Shown here: one piece after another, positions 1-12,143 of the stretch
How positions within the stretch are numbered: the stretch's first letter is position 1
Layout: each line of letters starts with the position of its first letter
Source: Clostridia bacterium
Lineage (GTDB): Bacteria; Bacillota; Clostridia; Oscillospirales; Acutalibacteraceae
Direction: 5' to 3'
Length of the DNA: 60,741 nucleotides
Assembly: GCA_900766895.1 (NCBI GenBank)
Contig: CAAFXF010000065.1
Location: 1-60,741, forward strand
The notes under the pieces: generated by a model
Told to the model about the DNA's origin: nothing
The model's database searches: none
What the model saw: only the letters and a program-made list of their open reading frames with translations
Position numbers and translations under genes: made by a program

Positions 1-2
1 CA

Positions 3-1190
3 ACAACATACAAGTACGACAGCAGTAATGAAATGGGTGATTTGTTCGACCTTAAAAAGAGCGGATATTTCTACTCAAGACTGCAAAATCCCACCTGCGA
101 TAATGCGGCATCAAAAATCGCCGCACTTGAGGGCGGCATTGCAGGAATGTTAACCGGCTCCGGTCAGGCGGCAAACTTTTATGCAATATTCAACATTGCA
201 CAGGCAGGCGACCACATTGTATCGTCATCTGCAATCTACGGCGGAACATTCAACCTTTTCAACGTTACAATGAAAAAGCTCGGAATAGACTTTACCTTTG
301 TTTCTCCGACAGCTACCGAGGAAGAAATTGAAGCTGCTATTCAGCCAAACACAAAGGCTATCTTCGGCGAAACAATATCTAATCCAAGCCTTGATTTGAT
401 TGATATTGAGGTTTTTGCAAAGGTTGCACACAGAAACGGTATTCCGCTTATTGTCGACAACACCTTTGCAACACCTATAAACTGCCGTGTGTTTGACTAC
501 GGAGTTGACATCGTTACACATTCCACAACAAAATATATGGAGGGACACGCATCGACAATCGGCGGTGCCATCGTAGACAGCGGTAACTTTGACTGGACAC
601 AAAACGACAAGTTTCCCGGTCTTACAACTCCCGATGACAGCTATCACGGAATTGTATACACAGACACCTTTGGCAAGGGTGCATACATCACAAAGGCTAC
701 CGTTCAGCTTATGAGAGATTTGGGCTCTGTTCAGTCCCCTAACGACGCATTTTTGCTTAATGTAGGGCTTGAGACTCTGCATTTGAGAATGCAAAGACAT
801 TGCGAAAACGCAAAGGCAGTTGCGCAATATCTAAAGAATCATCCAAAAATCAACTGGGTAAAATGTGCTATGCTCCCTGACGACGAGCAAAATCACCTTG
901 CACAAAAGTATATGCCAAACGGCACCTGCGGTGTTGTATCATTTGGTGTTAAAGGCGGCAGACAGGCTGCAACAGTGTTTATGGACAGCCTTAAGCTTGC
1001 TGCTGTTGTTACCCATGTTGCAGACGCAAGAACCTGTTGCCTGCATCCTGCTTCCACAACTCACCGTCAGCTGACAGACGAACAGCTTGCAGAATGCGGT
1101 GTAACACCTGACCTTGTAAGATTTTCCTGCGGTATTGAGGCTGCAGAGGACATCATTGCAGACATTGAGCAGGCACTTGAAAAAATTTAA
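3..1190 (+). CDS. metY: O-acetylhomoserine aminocarboxypropyltransferase/sulfhydrylase (5'-partial)
   Basis: Cys/Met PLP-enzyme motifs YSRLQNPT, IVDNTFATP, HSTTKY, HPASTTHRQL; frame is open to the window edge (TTYKYDSSNE precedes the ORF-track Met). Confidence 0.9.
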   Translation, partial: TTYKYDSSNEMGDLFDLKKSGYFYSRLQNPTCDNAASKIAALEGGIAGMLTGSGQAANFYAIFNIAQAGDHIVSSSAIYGGTFNLFNVTMKKLGIDFTFVSPTATEEEIEAAIQPNTKAIFGETISNPSLDLIDIEVFAKVAHRNGIPLIVDNTFATPINCRVFDYGVDIVTHSTTKYMEGHASTIGGAIVDSGNFDWTQNDKFPGLTTPDDSYHGIVYTDTFGKGAYITKATVQLMRDLGSVQSPNDAFLLNVGLETLHLRMQRHCENAKAVAQYLKNHPKINWVKCAMLPDDEQNHLAQKYMPNGTCGVVSFGVKGGRQAATVFMDSLKLAAVVTHVADARTCCLHPASTTHRQLTDEQLAECGVTPDLVRFSCGIEAAEDIIADIEQALEKI

Positions 1191-1207
1191 CAAAAGAGGT
1201 AAAAACT

Positions 1208-1459
1208 ATGCTTGAATACAGATATGATACCCAGCTTCTTATTGAGGGCACAGACCTTGATGAAGACGCAATAAACGATTATTTTGTAGAAAACTTTAAG
1301 GGCGACTGCCTTATTGCCGTAGGTGATGAGGACTTAATCAAAATTCATTACCACACCAACGAGCCGTGGAAGGTATTGGAATATTGCAGAAGCCTCGGCG
1401 AAATCTTTGACATTGTTGTTGAAGATATGGACAGGCAGGAAAGGGGTCTGAAGGGCTGA
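1208..1459 (+). CDS. small protein resembling the middle domain of FakA/YloV (DAK2-fusion) proteins
   Basis: YRYDTQ...GDCLIAVGDEDLIKIHYHTNEP...GEIFDIVVEDM matches the FakA middle-domain pattern; AAGAGGT RBS. Confidence 0.7.
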   Translation: MLEYRYDTQLLIEGTDLDEDAINDYFVENFKGDCLIAVGDEDLIKIHYHTNEPWKVLEYCRSLGEIFDIVVEDMDRQERGLKG

Positions 1460-1725
1460 TGAAGATAAAGGACGGCTTTACCCTGCGAAACATTGCAGGC
1501 TCCGACATTGTAGTACCTGTCGGCAATGCAAGCAAAATTTTCAACGGAATGATTACACTAAACGACAGCGGTGCATTCCTTTGGAGCGCCTTGCAAAAGG
1601 ACACAACAATTGACGAGGTTGTTGCCAAGCTGACAGGCGAATACGAGGTAAGCACCGAGCAGGCAACGGCAGATGTGCAAAAATTTGTTGCTATGCTCAG
1701 GGAAAATGATTTAATAGATGAATAG
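1459..1725 (+). CDS. PqqD family (RRE-like) protein
   Basis: LRNIAG..IVVPVG...MITLNDSGAFLW..L...V..L..EYEV....A..DV..FV..L pattern; TGATG overlap with the upstream stop. Confidence 0.85.
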   Translation: MKIKDGFTLRNIAGSDIVVPVGNASKIFNGMITLNDSGAFLWSALQKDTTIDEVVAKLTGEYEVSTEQATADVQKFVAMLRENDLIDE

Positions 1726-1765
1726 AAAATGAGAGGGAACCTTTACAAAAGCTCCCTCTCATTTT
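1726..1765. terminator. bidirectional intrinsic terminator
   Basis: AAAATGAGAGGGA...TCCCTCTCATTTT inverted repeat between convergent genes. Confidence 0.8.
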
Positions 1766-2386
1766 TTACGGCTTAAGCAGTTTACCCTGCTTTAACAAAT
1801 TTAGCATTTTTAGGTTTTGTCGAGGCGTACCTGTATATTCTGCAATCTGATTTTTCTTTGCGATTTTTTTACGGTTGGAAAACGACGAATCAATTTTCAG
1901 CAATTCAAGTGCATCAACAATGCTGTCGCCTGTGCCCTTGTATGCCTTGTAGTATTTTGATGCGGATTTGCTCTTTTTCTTTGGGCGAAGCACACCCAAA
2001 AGCGATTTGTAGCTATGCTTGATTTTTGTCATAGGCTCGTGCTGTGACTTTGGATAATTTTGGTCGTAGGAATAAAAATACGAGGTTGTGCCCTCACCTG
2101 TTGCAACCGAAATATGCCCATTTCCGCTTTTTGAGGTGAACACACAAATATCTCCCTTTTTTGGAATAAAATCAGGAGTGTTATTATGCCACCTGAAATT
2201 ATCCTTAAGGTATTCTACCTTATTTCGCTTGTTGTAATACTCTATTGCATTGCCAATGCTTTGAGGAGATATACCAAGCACGTTTTTGACATAATGCTTT
2301 ACAAGGTCTACACACTGAACACCGTAGGTTCCGTCGTAATCAATAGCCTTGCCCGAATACTTTTTCACCCATTCATCAAACGTCAT
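1766..2386 (-). CDS. CHAP-domain endolysin with DUF3597-like C-terminal cell-wall-binding domain
   Basis: DYDGTYGVQCVDL (catalytic Cys), PKKGDI, GHIS (His), DQNY; C-terminal SIVDAL...DSSFSNRKKIA....YTGT..QN. Confidence 0.85.
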   Translation of the reverse strand: MTFDEWVKKYSGKAIDYDGTYGVQCVDLVKHYVKNVLGISPQSIGNAIEYYNKRNKVEYLKDNFRWHNNTPDFIPKKGDICVFTSKSGNGHISVATGEGTTSYFYSYDQNYPKSQHEPMTKIKHSYKSLLGVLRPKKKSKSASKYYKAYKGTGDSIVDALELLKIDSSFSNRKKIAKKNQIAEYTGTPRQNLKMLNLLKQGKLLKP

Positions 2387-2585
2387 TGCAATCCTTCCTT
2401 TCCAAATTCATAACTGCAGAAATTCCTGCCGACACTGCTGCTACAAGCAAGCCTGTTACAGCAGATTTTACCGTTGCCTTATCATCGGTAAAATTAATAT
2501 ACATTATATTCACTGTTACATAAGCAATAGCGGATTGAAAAAATGTTCTTAATGCCCGCATAACAGTATTTTTTGTTATCATCAT
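2376..2585 (-). CDS. phage holin (small, 2 TM)
   Basis: RALRTFFQSAIAY...AVSAGISAVMNL pattern typical of Clostridial phage holins; overlaps the endolysin start; AGGAGG RBS. Confidence 0.75.
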   Translation of the reverse strand: MMITKNTVMRALRTFFQSAIAYVTVNIMYINFTDDKATVKSAVTGLLVAAVSAGISAVMNLERKDCNDV

Positions 2586-2596
2586 ACCCATTCCTC

Positions 2597-2899
2597 CTAT
2601 CTATGTGCCTGCTTATTAAGATATTTTTGCAGCTTGTTTTTTGCAACGGGTACAGAGTGGTTTGCACCCAACTGCTCCAAGCCGTCCAAAGCTGCCGAAA
2701 GTCCATAGCATATAAGCTGATTTTCTTCCTTGAGTCTTTCTATATCCTTATCCTGTGCAATGTTGCGTTCTGCTTGCAGCCTTGCCCTCTCTTTAGCAGA
2801 GCTCAAATGCCCTGCCACCGATTTGAAAATACCGAAAACCGTTAGGCAAGCCGTAGCAACACCGCCGACAGTAATAATGATTTGTGCCAGACTGTTCAA
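2597..2899 (-). CDS. phage lysis-module membrane protein (N-terminal TM + coiled coil)
   Basis: One TM, then QDKDIERLKEENQLICYGLSAALDGLEQLGANHSV, typical of ORFs upstream of Clostridial phage holins; strong RBS, TTG start. Confidence 0.6.
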   Translation of the reverse strand: MNSLAQIIITVGGVATACLTVFGIFKSVAGHLSSAKERARLQAERNIAQDKDIERLKEENQLICYGLSAALDGLEQLGANHSVPVAKNKLQKYLNKQAHR

Positions 2900-3112
2900 A
2901 GTATTGCTCCTTTCCTTTCGGGGACAGATACTATATTACACACCATACTATGCCGTCACAAGCCAAGATGTCAAAAACCGTATTGCAATTATTTACTATA
3001 TTTAACAATAAGATCGGCATAATGTAGGCTGTTGAGAAATGGAGCTGAATTTTGCATTTTGCGAAGGAAGATGTACATAGGTACCTCGACTGAGCAAAAG
3101 GCGAAAAACGCC

Positions 3113-3147
3113 AAAAGCAGATTGAACTCGATGTTCAATCTGCTTTT
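3113..3147. repeat. CAGATTGAAC...GTTCAATCTG hairpin (terminator-like, recurrent next to REP units)
   Basis: AAAAGCAGATTGAAC-tcgat-GTTCAATCTGCTTTT; relatives at about 25658-25696 and 27198-27232. Confidence 0.65.
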
Positions 3148-3150
3148 ACA

Positions 3151-3201
3151 ATCCCTCCGTCAACACATACGTGTTGCCACCTCTCTTTACACAAGGGAGG
3201 C
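3151..3201. repeat. divergent single REP-like unit
   Basis: ATCCCTCC-GTCAACAC-atac-GTGTTGCC-ACCTCTCTT-taca-CAAGGGAGGC; same two-hairpin layout as the family at 23031 and elsewhere. Confidence 0.6.
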
Positions 3202-3260
3202 AAAAATCGGTTAATTATTATATTTGGCGTGATTCAGCCCATTTATCAACAGTCTAAATG

Positions 3261-4406
3261 TTATTTCTTTTTGAATTTGTCAAAGAATCCTTCCTTGCCG
3301 CCCTTATTATGAACATAGGTTTTGTCAAACTCCTTGAGCAAATGCTTTTGCTCTTCGGTGAGCGATTTTGGAATATCAACAACAATATGAACATAAAGGT
3401 CGCCCTTGGCAACACTGTTGAGCCTTTGGATGCCCTTGCCTTTAAGACGGAACACCTCATTTGGTTGAGTACCTGCCGGAACAGAGTATTCAACATCGCC
3501 GTCAAGAGTAGGAATACGCACCTTAACACCCAAGCAAGCCTCCACAATGCTGATGTGCTTTTCGTAATGAATATCGTATCCGTCACGAACAAAATCCTTA
3601 TGGTCGTTAACCATAACCCCAACTCGAAGGTCGCCCGCCGGTCCGCCGTTTACACCGGCATCACCAAGACCGCGCGCCGTAACAACCTGACCGTTATCAA
3701 TACCGGCAGGAATGTTGATGTCAACCTTTGTCTTTTTACGCACCTTGCCTCTGCCTGCGCACTTGGTACAAGGCTTTTCAATAACCTTACCTGTACCGTT
3801 ACAGGTAGGACACGGTCTTTGGGTATTAATCTGGAAAAATCCGGAGCCCTGCTGAACGGTAATGTATCCTCTGCCTCCACACTGAGTACAGGTTTTAGGA
3901 CTTGTGCCCTCTGCCGCACCCGTGCCGTGACACTGCGAGCAATCCTCAACCTTGGAAACCTCAACTGTCTTTTTACAGCCCTTTGCCGCTTCCTCAAACG
4001 AAATGTTAACAGTGGTTTGAATATCTCTTCCGCGTTGCGGAGCATTTGGATTTCTGCCTCCGAAGCCTCCGCCTCCTCCGCCAAAGAAGCTACTGAAAAT
4101 GTCGCCGAGGTCTATATCACCGTCAAAGCCGAAGCCTCCTCCGCCGTAGCCGCCCTGTCCTGCCGCATAATTAGGGTCAACTCCCGCAAAGCCGAACTGG
4201 TCGTATTTTGCTCTTTTGTCAGGGTCTGACAAAACAGAATATGCCTCATTACATTCCTTAAATTTTTCTGCGGCAGTAGGGTCATCCTTGTTCAAATCGG
4301 GATGATACTTCTTTGCCGCCTGACGAAATGCTTTTTTTATCTCGTCATTTGTGGCACCCTTTTGTACGCCGAGCACCTCATAATAATCTCTCTTTTGTTC
4401 AGGCAT
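3261..4406 (-). CDS. dnaJ: molecular chaperone DnaJ
   Basis: J-domain HPD, G/F-rich linker, four CxxCxGxG repeats. Confidence 0.97.
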   Translation of the reverse strand: MPEQKRDYYEVLGVQKGATNDEIKKAFRQAAKKYHPDLNKDDPTAAEKFKECNEAYSVLSDPDKRAKYDQFGFAGVDPNYAAGQGGYGGGGFGFDGDIDLGDIFSSFFGGGGGGFGGRNPNAPQRGRDIQTTVNISFEEAAKGCKKTVEVSKVEDCSQCHGTGAAEGTSPKTCTQCGGRGYITVQQGSGFFQINTQRPCPTCNGTGKVIEKPCTKCAGRGKVRKKTKVDINIPAGIDNGQVVTARGLGDAGVNGGPAGDLRVGVMVNDHKDFVRDGYDIHYEKHISIVEACLGVKVRIPTLDGDVEYSVPAGTQPNEVFRLKGKGIQRLNSVAKGDLYVHIVVDIPKSLTEEQKHLLKEFDKTYVHNKGGKEGFFDKFKKK

Positions 4407-4471
4407 ATTGCCCTCCTGTGAATATCATAGAACGGGCGACCGAAGTCGCCCCTGCTATTTAGTATTTGTAA

Positions 4472-6873
<2,402 letters not shown>

Positions 6874-6881
<8 letters not shown>

Positions 6882-7911
6882 ATATTACTCCACCCTCCTT
6901 TAATAATTGAGAACAGGTTTTTACTATATAATCTATCCTCGGAAGAATAGAACTATAATCAATTCTTAACGAGCCGATAATACCAAGGGTTGCAAGCTGA
7001 TCATCATAATACTTAAACTTTGCAACGGCCGTTGCTGTATTTTTAAGCTCATAAACCGGATTTTCCTCGCCCAAGAAAAGCGCATTGTTAATCTTACTTT
7101 TTGCAATTTGCGTAAGCATTTTTTCAAGCTTTGTTTTTTCTGCAAGAAAGGTTAAAAGCCCAAACACGCTGTCACCAAGCTCCTCCTGCGACAAGAGATT
7201 ATTTTGACCGAAAATCTGCAGGGTACCGTCGCTTGCCTCCTTGCAAAGAGAGCAAAACGATGATAACGCAGGGAGCATATCAAACAACCTGTCACGAAGC
7301 ACCGGAGCTGTCGACTGAATGAGGGATATATTAATCTCGTTTACGGGAACACCGATAAAATATTCCCTTGCAAGTGCATAAAACAACCGTCTGAAGCCGT
7401 CGTCTATTCTGCACGGCATTTGAATAACCGATGACTTGATTTTACCGCCGACGGTGAGCATAACAAGCATTGCCTTGTTTTCACCGGCAGGAATTAAGTC
7501 TACACCCTGCACACAATCGTATTCATCCTTAACAGTGCTGAAAAACGAGGTGCATCCCGTTACATCCGACAAAAGCCTTGCCGCATCCGAAAGCAATCGT
7601 TCGGGATCTGCCGCATTTACGCTGAGCAGTTGATTTATCCTTTGCTTTTCAAACGGGGTGAGAGGCTCCGGCACGATTAGGTTATCAACATAATACCTGT
7701 ACGACGCCTTTGTAGGAACTCTGCCTCCCGAAGTATGCCGTTGCTGTAAAAATCCCATCTCGCCGAGGGCGGCCATCTCGTTTCTTATGGTTGCGGAGGA
7801 AACTGAATAAGGAAGAAGCTGACACAGGGTTTTTGAGCCCATAGGCTCGCCGGTTTGAATATAATGATTAATAATCAGATTAAGTATATCCGAACGCCTG
7901 TTGCCAATCAT
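6874..7911 (-). CDS. hrcA: heat-inducible transcription repressor HrcA
   Basis: YIQTGEPMGSK, SSATIRNEMA, HTSGGRVPT; first gene of the dnaK operon. Confidence 0.93.
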
Positions 7912-7933
7912 ATCCTTTCCTCCTTTTCTGCAA

Positions 7934-7960
7934 TTAGCACTCTGCGTGTGCGAGTGCTAA
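7934..7960. promoter_or_regulatory. CIRCE operator (HrcA site)
   Basis: Exact TTAGCACTC-N9-GAGTGCTAA between the promoter and the hrcA start. Confidence 0.97.
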
Positions 7961-7972
7961 CTCTATGTACTT

Positions 7973-8001
7973 ATATTATATCCGACATATCGATTTGTCA
8001 A
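7973..8001 (-). promoter_or_regulatory. sigma-A promoter of the hrcA operon
   Basis: TTGACA-N17-TAATAT on the minus strand. Confidence 0.7.
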
Positions 8002-8038
8002 CACTTTTTTGGCAAAAAATTTGAAAATTCACAATTTA

Positions 8039-8065
8039 TTAGCAATTTAAGCTATAAAGTGCTAA
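8039..8065. promoter_or_regulatory. second, degenerate CIRCE
   Basis: TTAGCAATT-N9-AAGTGCTAA upstream of the -35. Confidence 0.6.
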
Positions 8066-8093
8066 CTGTATAACATAAAAAGAACCTGCCGTA

Positions 8094-8807
8094 TCAGGCA
8101 GATTCCAATTTACTGTTAAGATATTCCTGCAATTCCTTTAGTCTGCCTCGGTCAAGAGGCTTTTTATTCTTTAACGGATTATCCACGCCACTCTCCTCAT
8201 ACTTAAAGAAACCCATGGTATGAAAGCCGAGAAGCTCATATTTTTCAAATTTGAATTGCTTTGCAAATTCTGCATAGGCATCCATATCAGCCTCGGTGTC
8301 ATTAATACCCGGCACAACAACGGTGCGAAGCCACATACGCTTACCTTTTTTTGTTGCGTATTTTCCAACTGCCAAAGGCAACTCGAAATTGCCCTTTGTC
8401 CATTTAGCATAATCGTCGGCATTGTAAAACTTAATGTCAAGAATAATCATATCGGCGTTGTCAATCGCCTGCTTAACCTCATCAGTCAGCTCAACCGACC
8501 CGGAGGTGTCAAGGCAATATCCAATGCCCTCGCTCTTTAGCATAGGATAAATCTCGTTGATAAATTTTGCATTAAGCAAAGGCTCACCGCCGGAAAATGT
8601 TACGCCTCCGCCGTTTTTGAAATACGGTTTGTATCTCCTCGCCTTTTCAAAAACCTCGCGTGCCGACATCTCTATATCACCCTTATGCCAGGTGTCCGGA
8701 TTATGACAGTAGGCGCATCGCAACGGACAGCCCGTAAAGAAAACATCAAAGCGAATGCCCTCGCCGTCAACCGCTGCAAGAGATTCAAACGAATGAATAT
8801 TAGCCAT
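8094..8807 (-). CDS. pflA: pyruvate formate-lyase activating enzyme (radical SAM)
   Basis: IHSFES...VDGEGIR, GCPLRCAYCHNPDTW, GGVTFSGGEPL. Confidence 0.92.
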   Translation of the reverse strand: MANIHSFESLAAVDGEGIRFDVFFTGCPLRCAYCHNPDTWHKGDIEMSAREVFEKARRYKPYFKNGGGVTFSGGEPLLNAKFINEIYPMLKSEGIGYCLDTSGSVELTDEVKQAIDNADMIILDIKFYNADDYAKWTKGNFELPLAVGKYATKKGKRMWLRTVVVPGINDTEADMDAYAEFAKQFKFEKYELLGFHTMGFFKYEESGVDNPLKNKKPLDRGRLKELQEYLNSKLESA

Positions 8808-9360
8808 TATCTTCCTCCTCGTAATCAGGCATATCAACAATAATAGGCTCGTGATGAACGGCAGGGAGGAATTTTTGCAAAATGTCCTTTGTTTGAAATT
8901 TCAACGATGATGTACACACACAGGGATGACATCCCAAGGTTTCGCTTTCCACAACAGGACGGTCAATAACAAGCTGAACGCGATTGTTTTTATCGTTCAT
9001 CAGTCCCATAATGGAAACAGCTCCCGGCTTAATGTCCAAAAACTCCTCCATAAATTCAGGTGATGCAAACGACAGCCTTGAGCAGCCGAGCTGTTTGGTA
9101 ATATCCTTTGTTTTGAACGGCTTGTCACCCGGCATCATAAGCATATAAAAATCCGTTTTTTGACGGTTACACAAAAACAGGTTTTTACAAATTATAGTGC
9201 CTAAAACCTTGTCAATCTCATTGCACTTTTCCATAGTGTTGGCTTCCTCGTGGTCGGTGCGGAAATATTCAATTCCAAGCTCGTCCAAGAGGTCGTACAC
9301 CCTTATTTCTTTTTCTTCTCTGCCGTTTGTGTCGGCAGGTCTGCCTTTAACTAATTCCAT
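8800..9360 (-). CDS. YbaK/ProX prolyl-tRNA editing domain protein
   Basis: ICKNLFLCNRQKT, RLSFAS, PGAVSIMGLMND, GCHP. Confidence 0.85.
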   Translation of the reverse strand: MELVKGRPADTNGREEKEIRVYDLLDELGIEYFRTDHEEANTMEKCNEIDKVLGTIICKNLFLCNRQKTDFYMLMMPGDKPFKTKDITKQLGCSRLSFASPEFMEEFLDIKPGAVSIMGLMNDKNNRVQLVIDRPVVESETLGCHPCVCTSSLKFQTKDILQKFLPAVHHEPIIVDMPDYEEEDNG

Positions 9361-9449
9361 TTGAAGCTCCAATATATAATATGTATATAAATACAGTATC
9401 ACACAGTATAGAATTTATACTGTGTGACGCCTAAAATATTTTTATTCCG

Positions 9450-11681
9450 TTACATTGACTGATGGAATGTACGTGCAATAACCTCTTCCTGCTTATCCCT
9501 TGTAAGCTTATTAAAGTTTACTGCGTAGCCTGATACACGGATTGTAAGCGACGGATAAAGGGTTGGGTCCTCCATAGCAGCAATAAGCTTTTCACGGTTC
9601 AAAACGTTTACATTAAGGTGATGAGCATCCTGCTCAAAGTAACCGTCAAGCATTGTTGTAAGGTGCTCGATTTGATTATCCTTATCACTGCCGAGAGCAT
9701 CAGGAGTGATTGAGAAGGTATTTGAAATACCGTCCTGACAGCAAGCATAGTTAAGCTTTGCAACAGAGTTAAGAGATGCCAAAGCACCCTCGCAATCTCT
9801 ACCGTGCATTGGGTTTGCACCCGGAGCAAAAGGCTCGCCTGCTTTTCTGCCGTCAGGGGTTGAGCCTGTCTTTCTACCGTACATAACATTTGATGTAATT
9901 GTAAGGATTGACAATGTGTGCTTTGCACCGCGATAGCAAGGAGTCTTGCAAAGCTCGTGATAGAAGTACTCAATCAAATCCTTACCGATAAGGTCTGCTC
10001 TGTCGTCATCATTACCGTACTTAGGGAACTTGCCCTCAACCTTAAAGTCGGTGATAATTCCGCGCTCGTCCTTAACAGGAGTAACCTTTGCATACTTGAT
10101 TGCAGAAAGTGAGTCAACTGCAACAGAGAAGCCGGATACACCGAAAGCCATAAGTCTTTCAACATCTGTGTCGTGAAGCGACATCATAAGTCTTTCATAC
10201 GCATACTTGTCGTGCATATAGTGAATGATGTTCATTGTATTTACGTATAAGCGAGCCATCCAGGAAAGATACTTCTTGTATGCAGTGTAAACCTCCTCGT
10301 AGGAAAGCTCCTTCTCCTCGAAAACGTCGCCCTGAGGAGCAATTTGGTGGCCCTCAATTTCGTCCTTACCGCCGTTAAGAGCCATAAGAAGAATTTTTGC
10401 AAGGTTGCATCTTGCACCGAAGAACTGCATTTGCTTGCCCATTTTCATAGCAGATACACAGCAGGCAATAGCGTAATCGTCGCCGTACATTCTTCTCATA
10501 ACGTCATCGTTTTCGTATTGGATAGAGTCTGTATCAATAGAAACCTGAGCGCAGAAGTTTTTGAAGCCCTGAGGGAGTCTGTCAGACCACAAAACAGTAA
10601 TGTTCGGCTCTGCCGACGGACCAAGGTTGTAAAGTGTTTGAAGAACACGGAATGATGTCTTTGACACCATATGCTTGCCCTCGCCTGTTACACCTGCCAA
10701 AGCCATTGTTACCCAAACAGGATCGCCTGCGAACAAATCGTTGTATTCAGGAGTACGAAGGTGACGAACCAATCTAAGCTTTACAACAAGGTCATCAATA
10801 AGCTCCTGAGCGTGAATTTCGTCAAGCACACCTTCTTCAAGGTCTCTTTGAATATAAATATCCATAAATTCAGCAATTCTGCCGATTGAATTTGCCGCAC
10901 CGTTTTGCTCCTTGATAGCACCAAGGTAGCCAAAGTAGAGCCACTGAATTGCTTCTTTTGCATTTGTGGCAGGCTTTGAAATATCATAGCCGTAGCGAAG
11001 GGCCAAGCCCTTGAGCTGATTCATAAAGTCAAGCTGCTTTGACAAATCCTCAAGGCAGTGGATTGTTTCTTCATCAAGGACCTCTTTTTCGCCCATCTTT
11101 TGCTTGTCAATCTTCTTTTGCTCGATAAGATAATCCATACCGTAAAGAGCAATGCGGCGATAGTCACCGATAATTCTGCCACGTGCATATGCATCCGGAA
11201 GACCGGTAAGAATACCTGCATGACGTGCTGCCTTCATTGTATCTGTATAAGCACGGAATACGCCTGTGTTGTGAGTTGTTCTGTAGGTGAACTCGTCCTT
11301 GATTTTTTCAGAAAGCTCGTAGCCGTATGCGTTACAAGCCTGAACAGCATTTCTAAAGCCGGCAAACGGTGAAACGCCTCTCTTAAGAGGTGCATCTGTC
11401 TGCAAGCCTACAATAATATCTGTATCCTTATCAACTACATAGCCTGCGTCGTGTGAAAGGATTGAAAGAACTCGCTCTGTGCATACATCAAGCACGCCGC
11501 CCTTTTCATTTTCTGCAATAAGGAGCTCGTTTACTCTTTGCATTGTCTTATTTGTTCTTTCTGTCGGACCCTGCAAAAATGAGCCGTCTCCGTCGTATGG
11601 TGTGTAGTTAAGCTTAATGAAGTTTGACACATCAATACCGTCACACCAAACACCTTTGTTAAAACTTCTCCATGCTTCCAT
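9450..11681 (-). CDS. pflB: formate C-acetyltransferase (pyruvate formate-lyase)
   Basis: IACCVS active-site cysteines, RVSGYAV glycyl-radical motif, [17 protein letters not shown]. Confidence 0.97.
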   Translation of the reverse strand: MEAWRSFNKGVWCDGIDVSNFIKLNYTPYDGDGSFLQGPTERTNKTMQRVNELLIAENEKGGVLDVCTERVLSILSHDAGYVVDKDTDIIVGLQTDAPLKRGVSPFAGFRNAVQACNAYGYELSEKIKDEFTYRTTHNTGVFRAYTDTMKAARHAGILTGLPDAYARGRIIGDYRRIALYGMDYLIEQKKIDKQKMGEKEVLDEETIHCLEDLSKQLDFMNQLKGLALRYGYDISKPATNAKEAIQWLYFGYLGAIKEQNGAANSIGRIAEFMDIYIQRDLEEGVLDEIHAQELIDDLVVKLRLVRHLRTPEYNDLFAGDPVWVTMALAGVTGEGKHMVSKTSFRVLQTLYNLGPSAEPNITVLWSDRLPQGFKNFCAQVSIDTDSIQYENDDVMRRMYGDDYAIACCVSAMKMGKQMQFFGARCNLAKILLMALNGGKDEIEGHQIAPQGDVFEEKELSYEEVYTAYKKYLSWMARLYVNTMNIIHYMHDKYAYERLMMSLHDTDVERLMAFGVSGFSVAVDSLSAIKYAKVTPVKDERGIITDFKVEGKFPKYGNDDDRADLIGKDLIEYFYHELCKTPCYRGAKHTLSILTITSNVMYGRKTGSTPDGRKAGEPFAPGANPMHGRDCEGALASLNSVAKLNYACCQDGISNTFSITPDALGSDKDNQIEHLTTMLDGYFEQDAHHLNVNVLNREKLIAAMEDPTLYPSLTIRVSGYAVNFNKLTRDKQEEVIARTFHQSM

Positions 11682-11709
11682 TTCTTTTCCTCCATAAAAG
11701 CTTGTAATG

Positions 11710-12090
11710 TTATCGAGTCACATTGATTTTACACTGTGGGCTTGTACCGTGTTCACAGTCAACACATGCCTTTTGACCGCATCTGCGACAGCATGTACTG
11801 CTGCTCCTACACAGCTCCACATCGCCGCCGTGAATAACAAGTGACTTTCCGTTAATTATAGCATCGGCAGTTTTGAGCCTTGCCGACTCGTATATTGCAG
11901 CAACGGTCGACCTTGCAACATCCATTTGCTTTGCACACTCCTCCTGAGAATAATTAAGAGTGTCCATCAGTCGCATAACCTCGTATTCGTCAAGGGTTAA
12001 ATCAACCACATCGGCATAGTCACCAAATGGCCTAAATCCCATAATATCGGGATAAGCGCAAATTCGTCTGGTTTTTCTTGGTCTCGCCAT
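11710..12090 (-). CDS. DUF134 (UPF0251) HTH protein with Cys-rich C-terminus
   Basis: [23 protein letters not shown]...[16 protein letters not shown]...AR.K.ADA...GK. Confidence 0.88.
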   Translation of the reverse strand: MARPRKTRRICAYPDIMGFRPFGDYADVVDLTLDEYEVMRLMDTLNYSQEECAKQMDVARSTVAAIYESARLKTADAIINGKSLVIHGGDVELCRSSSTCCRRCGQKACVDCEHGTSPQCKINVTR

Positions 12091-12143
12091 AAAACACCTC
12101 CGAAATGACAATACCTTTTCTTGCTACAATGGTATTATACTAT

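Noticed and set aside
1766..3260. Complete prophage
   Set aside because: Only lysis genes are present; no integrase, capsid, tail, replication genes or att repeat were seen
3258..4229. 323-aa plus-strand ORF and many other ORF-track entries overlapping known genes
   Set aside because: Antisense or alternate-frame shadows of well-supported genes (dnaJ, dnaK, pflB, mnmG and others) with no recognisable motifs
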